A DNA stretch of 64,000 nt, from the NCBI GenBank assembly GCA_013166775.1, contig JABLTJ010000001.1, forward strand, positions 96,001-160,000, written 5' to 3'. Position 1 is the stretch's first letter, and each line of letters starts with the position of its first letter. The stretch comes from Promethearchaeati archaeon. Lineage in GTDB: Archaea > Asgardarchaeota > Heimdallarchaeia > Heimdallarchaeales > Heimdallarchaeaceae. Below the pieces are notes generated by a model. The model saw only the letters and a program-made list of their open reading frames with translations. It had not been told where the DNA came from and made no database searches. This document shows positions 48,672 through 57,736 of this stretch, piece after piece. Position numbers and translations under genes: made by a program.

Positions 48672-48677
48672 AATATT

Positions 48678-50186
48678 CTACTTCGCTTTCTCTTTTTCTT
48701 TACTCTTTTCATCTTCTTCTTCTGTGTCCTTTGCTTCTCCTTTCTCATAATACTCAAGAGATTTTACAATACTCTCGAATACTGGGCTTAGTTTATCTTC
48801 ATTCAAAACAACTTCGAAAGTTTCTAATTCTCCTCTATGATCTAACAAAACATTTTCTTCTTTTAACTTCTCAAATGCATGATAAATAAGATGACCTTTT
48901 TGGATGTTAATAGGTGATTCCCTAACATGTAGATGAATCTTCTCCCCCACTTTCAAGTGAACAATTATTGGTTTATCTATTTGTATTATTCCACTTTCAA
49001 CCAAGGCATCTATAATCTGTTTTGCTGTTGTATTTTCGAAAACATTGGTTCCATCAAGAAACCGATAATTCTTTCTTTCTTCTATTTTTTCTGGTTCTTT
49101 CGCTATTATCTCAATTGCTTTAGTAGCTTTGCCATGGTAATCGCTTAGTTTGCGAATCAATTTATCATATAATTTAGTTCGATCCCCTAAAACAACTCCC
49201 AACGCTAAACCATATGATTTGAGATTACAGGCACCTTCTAAGAGCCATAAGAATTCTTCTGCATTTCTTGTTTGATTCTTTTTTATTTCTTGAGTTAATG
49301 TATAGATTGGTCCAATGAGTTTGTGAATATCCGAAAGAGGGTGATTATTATTTTCCATGAGTAAAGATATCAAACCATCGTTGAGTTTCTTTGTTTCCTT
49401 TGAGGAAAGAGAAGCTATTGTCCTCCAATTATCCTCTTGATCTCTCATGGGGATTCCTAATCGTGAGACAAAGGATGTACAAGCACTTTCATTTCCAGTG
49501 AGTCCTGGGAAATAAGGATTTATTGAGTATTTAAGTGCTAAATGGAGTGGTTGACTCTCTCTTCCAGCGATTCTAGTTCCTTTAGATATGTCCAAGTATT
49601 GTTTCTCCCTTCCTTCTTCTAGGATTATCTTATTCAAACCTATTAATTCCTGATTTTTTGGGTTTACTTGCTTCTTAGATAATCCACCAATTATTGCTAA
49701 TTCTGCATATTTTGGATAATCATCATCTATGTTTGCTGAAACAAAATAAACAAGTCCTGCGTTTGAAACCGATCCTAACGGTATTTCCGAATCTTCCAAA
49801 TTTAAATAAGTTACATCTTCTTTTCTTCTTTCCATTTCTTTTGAAAAAATAAGTTCTTGATTTACAACAACAATGATGTTTTTTTCTTCTTTAAAAACTA
49901 AATCTGGAATATCCTCAATATTATATCCAATGAAGAAGTAAGCTGAATAATCAAAATTCTTAATCTTTTTTTCTAGATCAGTTACCTCATTCATAAATAA
50001 AGAATGAGCTCCAACATCCAAATTGCGTAAACACTTTAACAAAATACCTGTTGCACATAAATCATCTGGAGTTCCTCTTGCAATAACAACAATATTTCTA
50101 TTTAGATTTTTTATAATATCTGCGATTTCTTTCGCTTTATCTTTTAATGATTGATATTTCTCAAAAGGGATGTCTATAGGTGGCAT
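48678..50186 (-). CDS. RecJ/Cdc45-like DHH-family protein with degenerate catalytic motifs
   Basis: S.AGL.Y, LAIIG, GLN..I, G....PL..AL..S..P..PGL.G; conserved synteny; the DxDG and DHH motifs are replaced. Confidence 0.75.
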   Translation of the reverse strand: MPPIDIPFEKYQSLKDKAKEIADIIKNLNRNIVVIARGTPDDLCATGILLKCLRNLDVGAHSLFMNEVTDLEKKIKNFDYSAYFFIGYNIEDIPDLVFKEEKNIIVVVNQELIFSKEMERRKEDVTYLNLEDSEIPLGSVSNAGLVYFVSANIDDDYPKYAELAIIGGLSKKQVNPKNQELIGLNKIILEEGREKQYLDISKGTRIAGRESQPLHLALKYSINPYFPGLTGNESACTSFVSRLGIPMRDQEDNWRTIASLSSKETKKLNDGLISLLMENNNHPLSDIHKLIGPIYTLTQEIKKNQTRNAEEFLWLLEGACNLKSYGLALGVVLGDRTKLYDKLIRKLSDYHGKATKAIEIIAKEPEKIEERKNYRFLDGTNVFENTTAKQIIDALVESGIIQIDKPIIVHLKVGEKIHLHVRESPINIQKGHLIYHAFEKLKEENVLLDHRGELETFEVVLNEDKLSPVFESIVKSLEYYEKGEAKDTEEEDEKSKEKEKAK

Positions 50187-50242
50187 TGGTTTTCACAATT
50201 TCCAATAAAAATAAGATATGAAGGATAAAAAAATATCGCTTC

Positions 50243-50695
50243 TTAGAATAGTAATCCAGCTTTTTGTGGGTCATACTTCCAATCAGGTGCAAAAATGCCT
50301 TTCTTCTTGTAATATTTGACCAACCTTCGTATTTTTGATTCAATGAGTTGTAATCCTCTTTTACCGTGTAAATCCTTCTTATTCTCTTCAAGATGTTTTC
50401 TAAGATTACTAGCTTGTTTTACAAGATTCACTAAATCTTCAGGATATTTTGGTTTTAAATTAAGATCATCAACTATTGTAGCCATTTTAGTTCCTAAGGC
50501 TTCTTTCACGTTAGGTACTCCATATTGGTCTCGGAGAATTACTCCAATCATGGCAGTTGATTGTCCTTGCCTTCGTAATTCTTCTACCTTCTTACTGATG
50601 AACTTCTTATCATGGGTTAACCATTCTGGTGCTTGGTTTCTATAAGGTCTTGTTGAACTAGCTTTTCCTTTTTTTCTTGCGTGCATCCTTGCCAT
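50243..50695 (-). CDS. rps15: 30S ribosomal protein S15 (uS15)
   Basis: MARMHARKKGK, IG..LRDQYG.P, PEDL, RGLQLIESKIRRL.KYY. Confidence 0.96.
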   Translation of the reverse strand: MARMHARKKGKASSTRPYRNQAPEWLTHDKKFISKKVEELRRQGQSTAMIGVILRDQYGVPNVKEALGTKMATIVDDLNLKPKYPEDLVNLVKQASNLRKHLEENKKDLHGKRGLQLIESKIRRLVKYYKKKGIFAPDWKYDPQKAGLLF

Positions 50696-51281
50696 CTATT
50701 TCACCATGTTTATTTTTAAGCGAAGGCAGTTTTTGAGATAATAACTCTCGAAGTGACTTTTGGCGATGGGAATATAAATTCTTGGTTTTGAGAGACATCT
50801 CCGCAAAGGTTAGATCGCTTGAAATTGGTCGGAAAATAGGATCAAATCCAAATCCTTCTTCCCCCTTCGCCTCATATACTATTTCTCCTTCAGTAACTCC
50901 ATAATGGAGTGTAATCTCTCCTTCATAAAATAATGCAGCAACAGATTTGAATCTAGCTTTTCTATTTTCTTTATTCTTCATCAAGGTTAATATTCCTTCA
51001 TTACTGATTTTTTGGAAAGCATAGGAAGAATAAGGGCCTGGAAATCCATTTAACGCATCTATAAACAGTCCTGCATCCTCTAGAAAGAAGTTCTTTGTTT
51101 TAATTTCAGGATTTTCTTTTATTAAAGTATTGCAACTATATAATGCTATTTTTTCAATTTCGTCCTCCTGATTTTCTTCATATTCTAGATTAATCCAATT
51201 TATATCTATATTGTACTCCAAGCCAATTTGCTTTGCTTCTTTGTATTTTGCTTTGTTATGCGTTACGAAAAATAATTTCAT
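50658..51281 (-). CDS. rdgB: XTP/dITP diphosphatase (Ham1 family)
   Basis: T.N..K..E, EDAGLFI.ALNGFPGPYS, GFGFDPIF, KN..SHR. Confidence 0.92.
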   Translation of the reverse strand: MKLFFVTHNKAKYKEAKQIGLEYNIDINWINLEYEENQEDEIEKIALYSCNTLIKENPEIKTKNFFLEDAGLFIDALNGFPGPYSSYAFQKISNEGILTLMKNKENRKARFKSVAALFYEGEITLHYGVTEGEIVYEAKGEEGFGFDPIFRPISSDLTFAEMSLKTKNLYSHRQKSLRELLSQKLPSLKNKHGEIDGKDARKKKRKS

Positions 51282-51434
51282 TCTATTGTTGTTTATACCT
51301 CACATTATTAGTCTCTTTTGCTTTCTCTGTTGTTTTCAATTGAGGAAAAAGTTAAAAGTTAATATAATATTGTCTAATGCAAGTAATTATAAGCAACATT
51401 ATTCAATTGTTTAATCTAATTAGGTGAATATACT

Positions 51435-51845
51435 ATGGAAGAACTGACCCATTCTTCAATATACAAATCTGCAAATGAAGTTAAAATTTCTGATAATATC
51501 ATTGTTGCACTCTCTGAAATAACTAAATCAAATAACATACTAAGTATATATTCAATGAATGCTCGAGCCGTATACTTCTTTCCTGTAATTTCAGATGTTT
51601 ACAAACTTAGTATTCAAATCTATCCTTTAACTCCTGAAATTGTTGCAAGAATTATGACGAAAATTTCTGAATTCGCTGCCAAGATTATATATAGTACAGG
51701 TTTATGTTTGGTAGAGAATAGGTGTTTTTGGGAAGGCTTTCTACAAGAAAAGGATTTGACTAGAGAAATAGATAATATAAAGGATATTTTAGAATCTATA
51801 GCTGAAGTAAAAGATATAACTATAATAAAAATTCTCAATCATTGA
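51435..51845 (+). CDS. Hypothetical protein (ACT-like C-terminal fold possible)
   Basis: GGTGA RBS; IIYSTGLC...C.WEG motif. Confidence 0.55.
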   Translation: MEELTHSSIYKSANEVKISDNIIVALSEITKSNNILSIYSMNARAVYFFPVISDVYKLSIQIYPLTPEIVARIMTKISEFAAKIIYSTGLCLVENRCFWEGFLQEKDLTREIDNIKDILESIAEVKDITIIKILNH

Positions 51846-52793
51846 TTACAAAATATTTACTTTTAGTTTTAGAACTCTTATGAATTCTTTGTATCTATTT
51901 CGTAGAGTGACTTCAGTGATTTGACAAGTTTTAGCTATTTCATTTTGTGGGCATTTAATTTTGTTTTGTAAGGCTGAAATATACAAAGCAGCTGCTGCAA
52001 GTGAATTAGGATTCTTTCCTACTGTTATTTTTGCTGCTTTAGCTTGAGCTAAAATATTCTGAGCGTCTGATAGAACTTTTGGTGAAAAATTCAATGCTGA
52101 AGCAAATTTAGCAATACTGCTTTCTGGACTTGCCAATGGCATTTTCAAATCCAAGTGTTTTAAGAGCAACCTGAAATTCTTTGCTAACTTCTTTTTTGTT
52201 AAACGAGTTTTATCAGCAACATCTTCAAGACTTGCTGGATGTTTATGTAATCTGCATGATAAATAAAGAGCTGCAGAAACCAATGCTTCTGTTGATCTCC
52301 CCCTAACTAATCCAGTTTTCAAAATCTTACGATAAATCATTGCAGCTGTTTCTCTAACCTTCACTGTTAAATTTAATTGGCTACTAATTCTCTTTATCTC
52401 ATTCAAAGCTCTTAACAGATTTCTTTCGGTTCCGTATTGAAGAACCGCTCTTCTTTGCAGTGTTCGTAATCGAAACATCTGGCTAGCTTTCTCTGGTGAG
52501 AGCGAGTTACCATAGATATCTTTGTTTGAATAATCGATAAGGGTACCATAATGATCGTAACTTAGAAGATTTTTCGGTGTTCCTGTTCTTGCTCTTTTGA
52601 TATGTTGATCCTTTGAATATGCTCTCCATTCAGCAGTTTGATCAATATAAGAATCCTCTACAACTAATCCGCAGTTTCCACAACTTATTTCTCCTCTAGA
52701 AGAATCAAAAGTTAGTTTTGTAGAATTGCAATCGGGGCATCGAGGAAGTGATGGTTCTAAACTGCTAGTAACATTAATTGGCTCAGGAGTCAT
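51846..52793 (-). CDS. tfb: Transcription initiation factor IIB
   Basis: CPDC..CGNCGLV zinc ribbon, EWRAY, ERNL..A, RGRS, TEVTLRNRYKE. Confidence 0.94.
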   Translation of the reverse strand: MTPEPINVTSSLEPSLPRCPDCNSTKLTFDSSRGEISCGNCGLVVEDSYIDQTAEWRAYSKDQHIKRARTGTPKNLLSYDHYGTLIDYSNKDIYGNSLSPEKASQMFRLRTLQRRAVLQYGTERNLLRALNEIKRISSQLNLTVKVRETAAMIYRKILKTGLVRGRSTEALVSAALYLSCRLHKHPASLEDVADKTRLTKKKLAKNFRLLLKHLDLKMPLASPESSIAKFASALNFSPKVLSDAQNILAQAKAAKITVGKNPNSLAAAALYISALQNKIKCPQNEIAKTCQITEVTLRNRYKEFIRVLKLKVNIL

Positions 52794-53033
52794 ACATACA
52801 CCGAATCAGTCTGGACTATATTTTAACTATCACATATTTAAACTTGGCTGAATATTCTAAATGCAAAATTCAGACTAAATTTTCTCTAAGAAATGATTTT
52901 TTTTACATAATTATGCCAGTTTCTCTTGAAAATAATTTGTTAAAGATAAAAACCGTTAAAAACATGATACTTGGCTAATAATTATTCAATACTATAATTT
53001 GTAGTATCAAGAAAGTTATAGAGGAACATCAAA

Positions 53034-53441
53034 ATGTCAAGGGATTCAAGACAACTAGAATTTAAACTTAATATTGGAGACAAAAAAGGAAAGTGTTACA
53101 CAAAAATAGTTAGAGAAGCTCAAGCAAATGCTTTAATTGGGTTACAAATCGGAGCAAAGGTTGATGGAAATCTTATAGGCTTACCAAATTTTGAGCTAAT
53201 CATTACTGGTGGAAGTGATACAGACGGTTTTCCCCATAGAGCAAGCATTGAAGGTTCAGGTAGAAGAAAATACCTCCTTAAGGGTGGAACTGGTTATCGC
53301 GTCCCACGTAAGGGAAGACGAGTTAAGAAATCAGTTAGAGGAAATATAATCTCAGAAGCATCCTATCAAATTAATATGAAAGTTGCAAAAGAAGGAAGCA
53401 AATCTCTTGAAGAATTAATAACTGTGATTACTCCTTCTTAG
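53034..53441 (+). CDS. rps6e: 30S ribosomal protein S6e
   Basis: ITGGSD.DGFP, G.R.KKSVRGN, QINMK. Confidence 0.92.
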   Translation: MSRDSRQLEFKLNIGDKKGKCYTKIVREAQANALIGLQIGAKVDGNLIGLPNFELIITGGSDTDGFPHRASIEGSGRRKYLLKGGTGYRVPRKGRRVKKSVRGNIISEASYQINMKVAKEGSKSLEELITVITPS

Positions 53442-53466
53442 CTATTTTTAAAAAAACAATTTTACT

Positions 53467-53952
53467 CTAATTACTTTTTTCTTCATCTGGTGATTCAGTA
53501 AAGAAGATATACACTACTGAAAGAACAATCATAGCAAATAATACACCAAATACAGTCCATTGCATTCCTGAAGTAAAATTTGTGGGTAAAGCCGGACCTG
53601 CAGGATGTATTGAAGTTATGAACCATGTTATTAACAAGGAAATAATTGCACTGATCACTATTGTTCCCCAAGAAGGAAGTTTAGCTCTGATTTCACCATA
53701 AGTTGCTATGGCAATAAGAAAGAAGAAATAAAAACCAGATATTAGAAGAAACTCAATAATTGTCAATCCTGCTTTATAAGGTAAAACTTCACTATTTAAG
53801 TTAGGATAAAAACCTTTAATCCATTCTGGAGCACTTGCTTGGTCAATGCTTGCAAATAAAATAGCAAAAATCAAACAAGTTATTGATATAACTGCTGTGA
53901 TTAGAAGCGTTCGATTCCTTTCATCTTTCCAAATTGTTTCATACAAGCTCAT
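53467..53952 (-). CDS. Four-TM hypothetical membrane protein
   Basis: Four hydrophobic segments. Confidence 0.65.
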   Translation of the reverse strand: MSLYETIWKDERNRTLLITAVISITCLIFAILFASIDQASAPEWIKGFYPNLNSEVLPYKAGLTIIEFLLISGFYFFFLIAIATYGEIRAKLPSWGTIVISAIISLLITWFITSIHPAGPALPTNFTSGMQWTVFGVLFAMIVLSVVYIFFTESPDEEKSN

Positions 53953-54177
53953 TATTTTTCTTCTCCGAGTTAATTTTTCTTCTTTCCACGTTTACACAGT
54001 CACGAAGGAGTGTTATGTCAAACAGTTTATTAATTTTTGGCTTTTAGATTTTTTACACTGTAAGAAATAAAATATTTAATGTTTTTGATAAAATATGATT
54101 CTAATGTGAAAGACTACAAAGAGAGAAAGTTTTTGAAGAGTGAAATAAACAATTTTGTTGTTTAAAGAGGAGAAAAG

Positions 54178-55026
54178 ATGCAGAAGGACAAGGATTTTTC
54201 TTTTAATACTTCTTCTTCTAGTGAGAATTTTATCTCCTTAGATCAGACAAATTCAATCGAAACCTTCTGTGAAATAGCTAATCAACTGTCAGTATCAGTT
54301 TTGTTCTTCGAAGATATTACAATTAGTGAAAGAAATACAATGATACTGAATATAGAAAGTCGTCCATACAATGTTTTTTCTCCAAGTTTTGTATATGAAC
54401 AACTCAAGAATGAACACACTAGCAATGAAAGAATAAAAGATGGCTTCAACAAATTTCTGATAGCAAAAGAAAATAATTCAATAATTGTAGCTACTAGAAA
54501 AACATTATTTGAATCAACAAAAGATGAATTAATGCGCGCTCTTTCTAAGAATAGAAGACAATATGAGATTATTTCAGTAAATACTAACAATAAGGATTTA
54601 TTGAAATGGGTTGCTCACGATAGAAGACTAGATTACATAAGTATAGATTTACGAAGTAAACCTTCTATCATAGATAATGCTCTATGCTCTCTGGTAAAAC
54701 AAAATAGTAAATGTTTTGAAATTATCTTATCTCCCCTACTTCTATCTGATAATAATAAGGATTTTAGTAGTATAATTAGAACTGGTAAGAAAATTATGAA
54801 ATTAATATTATCTTACAACGCACCATTCATCTTTACTATGTGTCCACAGACACCCATGCAAATGCGATCAGGTAAACTTCTCCGATATATTGGTGAATTG
54901 TTAGGGGTGCCTTTTAACAAATCTAAATTAGCTGTGTTTGATTATCAACTGTCTACTTTAGTAGATAATACAGTAAAGCTACATGAAAATTACGTCTTTA
55001 AAGGAGTTAAGGAGGTTATTGGATAA
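54178..55026 (+). CDS. rnp3: RNase P protein Rpp30
   Basis: RRQYEIISV, A.D.R.D, FEI..SPLL, MRS; adjacent to Pop5. Confidence 0.75.
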   Translation: MQKDKDFSFNTSSSSENFISLDQTNSIETFCEIANQLSVSVLFFEDITISERNTMILNIESRPYNVFSPSFVYEQLKNEHTSNERIKDGFNKFLIAKENNSIIVATRKTLFESTKDELMRALSKNRRQYEIISVNTNNKDLLKWVAHDRRLDYISIDLRSKPSIIDNALCSLVKQNSKCFEIILSPLLLSDNNKDFSSIIRTGKKIMKLILSYNAPFIFTMCPQTPMQMRSGKLLRYIGELLGVPFNKSKLAVFDYQLSTLVDNTVKLHENYVFKGVKEVIG

Positions 55027-55376
55027 TGGTTACGATTGAAAGAGATAGATATGTGGTTTTTAAAATCCTCCTTGATGATACAAAAACTGAAATCGAAGAT
55101 TTGAAGAGAAATGTATGGTCTATGTATCAAAGATTATATGGTCTAGATGGAACAACTGAAGCAGGATTATTCTTTGAAGAATATGATAATGAGAAAAGAA
55201 TAGGATTAGTTCGTTGTAATAGTAAATCTCTGTCTTATCTTATGACATCCTTTGCAATGATTAGAGAAATAGATGGTGCGGAGCTTTTGATACTTCCTTT
55301 ATTTGTAACCGGTTTAATTAATAAAGCAAAAAAATATGTTTCAGCATTAAGTAGTCCTAACCATAATATTGATTAA
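55026..55376 (+). CDS. rnp2: RNase P protein Pop5
   Basis: R.RYVVF.I, LYG..G, G.VRC, VTG.I.KA. Confidence 0.82.
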   Translation: MVTIERDRYVVFKILLDDTKTEIEDLKRNVWSMYQRLYGLDGTTEAGLFFEEYDNEKRIGLVRCNSKSLSYLMTSFAMIREIDGAELLILPLFVTGLINKAKKYVSALSSPNHNID

Positions 55377-55385
55377 ATAATAACC

Positions 55386-55889
55386 GTGATTTTTCTTAGA
55401 ATGATAAATAACGAAGACTCTAAAGATATTACTGATATACAAAGACCTTCTTGGGATAACTACTTCATTCAAATTGCAGAGATTGTAAAAACAAGATCAA
55501 CTTGTATAAGAAGGCAAGTTGGAGCGGTTTTAGTTAATGATAAGCGACAGATTGTTTCAACAGGTTATAATGGAGTTCCAAGAGGAATAAAACATTGTAC
55601 AAAAGCAAACTGTACAAAACTCTATGAAGAATCAGGTGAAAAAAATGAGTTGTGTCCTGCAGTACATGCTGAATTAAATGCAATTTTACAGGCAGCTACA
55701 GCTAGTTTTAGTCCTGAAGGAACTACTCTTTATACAACAACAAGACCATGCAGTAATTGTACAATGGCTATCATAAATGTCGGAATAAAAAGAGTTGTTT
55801 TTGTTGAAGACTATACAGATCCAATTCTACGTTCAGGTTGGTTGGATACTCCTGATGTGAAATTTGACAAATATGTAGAGGATAAATAA
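55386..55889 (+). CDS. dCMP deaminase family (ComEB/CDA-like)
   Basis: RPSWD.YF, RSTC.RRQVGA, TGYNG, HAELNAI, PCSNC. Confidence 0.9.
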   Translation: MIFLRMINNEDSKDITDIQRPSWDNYFIQIAEIVKTRSTCIRRQVGAVLVNDKRQIVSTGYNGVPRGIKHCTKANCTKLYEESGEKNELCPAVHAELNAILQAATASFSPEGTTLYTTTRPCSNCTMAIINVGIKRVVFVEDYTDPILRSGWLDTPDVKFDKYVEDK

Positions 55890-55933
55890 TAATTAAAATC
55901 AAAACAAGATTTTTTTGATTTAAAAGACTTCTC

Positions 55934-57499
55934 TCAGTTTTTTGAACGTAAAACTGTTAGATTTGTTGTTTTACTATATTTCGTATTACTGCTTGATTCA
56001 ACTAATTTTCTTAAAGACTCCAAGACTTCTTTATCATAAAATTCCAATAGTTTATTATTTTCTGTTTCATTCAAACTTCGTTTATTAACTAAAATTGAAA
56101 GATCACCGTTTTGATATCTATGTTTAGGAAAATCTTCATCTTCTAATTCTTTCTTCGTTTCCTTCGATATCTCTCCCTTTATTATCTCATCTTTGTTCAA
56201 ATCTAGAACATGATTTGAATTTATAGTTATATACTGCTTTGCTTGCTTTGGTTGAACAGGATTAACTGATAACTGAATTGTTTTTATTACATTTAGATTT
56301 TTATCTAGAAAATAGATCTGTTTATCCTCACCTACAGTTATCAAGCGATTCTTATAGTAACTTATAGAAAGAGGTGTTTTATTGTGAATTTTCTTTTTAA
56401 TCACACTCTCTAGATTAATATTATCAAATAATTGAATTTCTCCATTATTGAAAGCTATTGCTAGAAAATCAGGTGTAACACAAGAACCTGAGATTGGAAT
56501 TATTTTTGGTATTGTACTCTTAATTTCTAGTTGATGATTAAGCGTTACAATCTCCCCTGATTCCAAGCCAACAATAATTAGTCCATCAGATGATTTTTTT
56601 AAAGACAAAGGACGTGATGGGAGTTTTATTGATTCAGTAGGGGTAGTAGTTTCTAAATCTAAAATAACTACAGTAGAATCTAGGGAAGTTGTAATTAGTT
56701 TGTTTTCTAGAAATTCAATGCCTGTTATGTGTTTGCTATGCGGAAAAAGAGTTTCAAACAATTTTCCATTATCCCTTCTCCAAAGGGATACTAAACCAAA
56801 TTGATGCCCTAAGATGAAGAAATCACCAGTTATAGTACAAACAGTTGAAGGAATTCCATATCTTCTAGCCATGCTAAAGAGAATAGTATGGGGATCTTGG
56901 TTCTCAAAATCCTTTATGTATCTACTAGCCTTTTTTATAGCTCTAATCAATTTCTTCTTACCTATAGCATTGTTTCTGAATTTGGAAAAATCTTCTGCTT
57001 TACGAATAGAAATTAATCCGTATTGATCTGTAATTATAATTAGATCACCACAAAGAAAGAATCTCTCCATACCTGGAATTTTTATTCTTTTCTCTTCTAC
57101 CAATTCACTGTCCTTGAATTTCCATTTTTTAAGCATGTGATCTCTACTTGCACTGATTACATAATTTCGCCAAGGTTTTCCTCCAATTATTGCTGAAGCA
57201 TGAGCTTTTTTAGAACCAATCAACGAGAAATCTTTTAGAGACCAGAGTTTTAATTCTAAATCATTTGAAGTAGTGATTAGAATCTCTTCATCATTTATTT
57301 TCTGAACATCATTAATTGAGAATTTATGAGCATATAAACATCCTATTTCCTCATTGAGATTAGAATCCCAAATGCAAACTCTCCCATCCTCCCCACCAGT
57401 AAAAATGTAATCTTCTACCTCTTCTATTTTAGTAACACCTTTAAGATGTCCAGGTTGATGAAATAGGATTTCAATGTGTTCAGTTTCTCTATTACTCAC
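55934..57499 (-). CDS. WD40-repeat protein
   Basis: GH..GV, TGGEDG.V.IWD, AH...I, SASRD..LKKW, H.K.ITG repeats. Confidence 0.85.
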   Translation of the reverse strand: MSNRETEHIEILFHQPGHLKGVTKIEEVEDYIFTGGEDGRVCIWDSNLNEEIGCLYAHKFSINDVQKINDEEILITTSNDLELKLWSLKDFSLIGSKKAHASAIIGGKPWRNYVISASRDHMLKKWKFKDSELVEEKRIKIPGMERFFLCGDLIIITDQYGLISIRKAEDFSKFRNNAIGKKKLIRAIKKASRYIKDFENQDPHTILFSMARRYGIPSTVCTITGDFFILGHQFGLVSLWRRDNGKLFETLFPHSKHITGIEFLENKLITTSLDSTVVILDLETTTPTESIKLPSRPLSLKKSSDGLIIVGLESGEIVTLNHQLEIKSTIPKIIPISGSCVTPDFLAIAFNNGEIQLFDNINLESVIKKKIHNKTPLSISYYKNRLITVGEDKQIYFLDKNLNVIKTIQLSVNPVQPKQAKQYITINSNHVLDLNKDEIIKGEISKETKKELEDEDFPKHRYQNGDLSILVNKRSLNETENNKLLEFYDKEVLESLRKLVESSSNTKYSKTTNLTVLRSKN

Positions 57500-57595
57500 A
57501 AAATTAACTGAACTAGTTAGTAATTAAGATTTTACATCAAAGTGTGTAAAAAGGAAAATCAGGCTAAATGATTTACATAGTATTTGTAGAAATTT

Positions 57596-57654
57596 TGGCT
57601 CATTTCGTCGTGAGAACATCACAATGTCAGTCTGGGACGGTTAAATCATCGCCA
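57596..57654 (-). ncRNA. Box C/D guide sRNA; D-guide complementary to 23S rRNA CGUCGUGAGA
   Basis: tggc-g-ATGATTT-aaccgtcccaga-CTGA-catt-GTGATGT-tctcacgacgaa-ATGA-gcca: terminal stem, covarying C/D pair, canonical D'/C', two 12-nt guides. Confidence 0.8.
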
Positions 57655-57736
57655 TTTAATATTTAATGTTTTCAGTTTTTATCTGTTACCGTTTGAGAGT
57701 TGTGGATTATAGATATTCGTTTCTAAAAGAAAAAAG

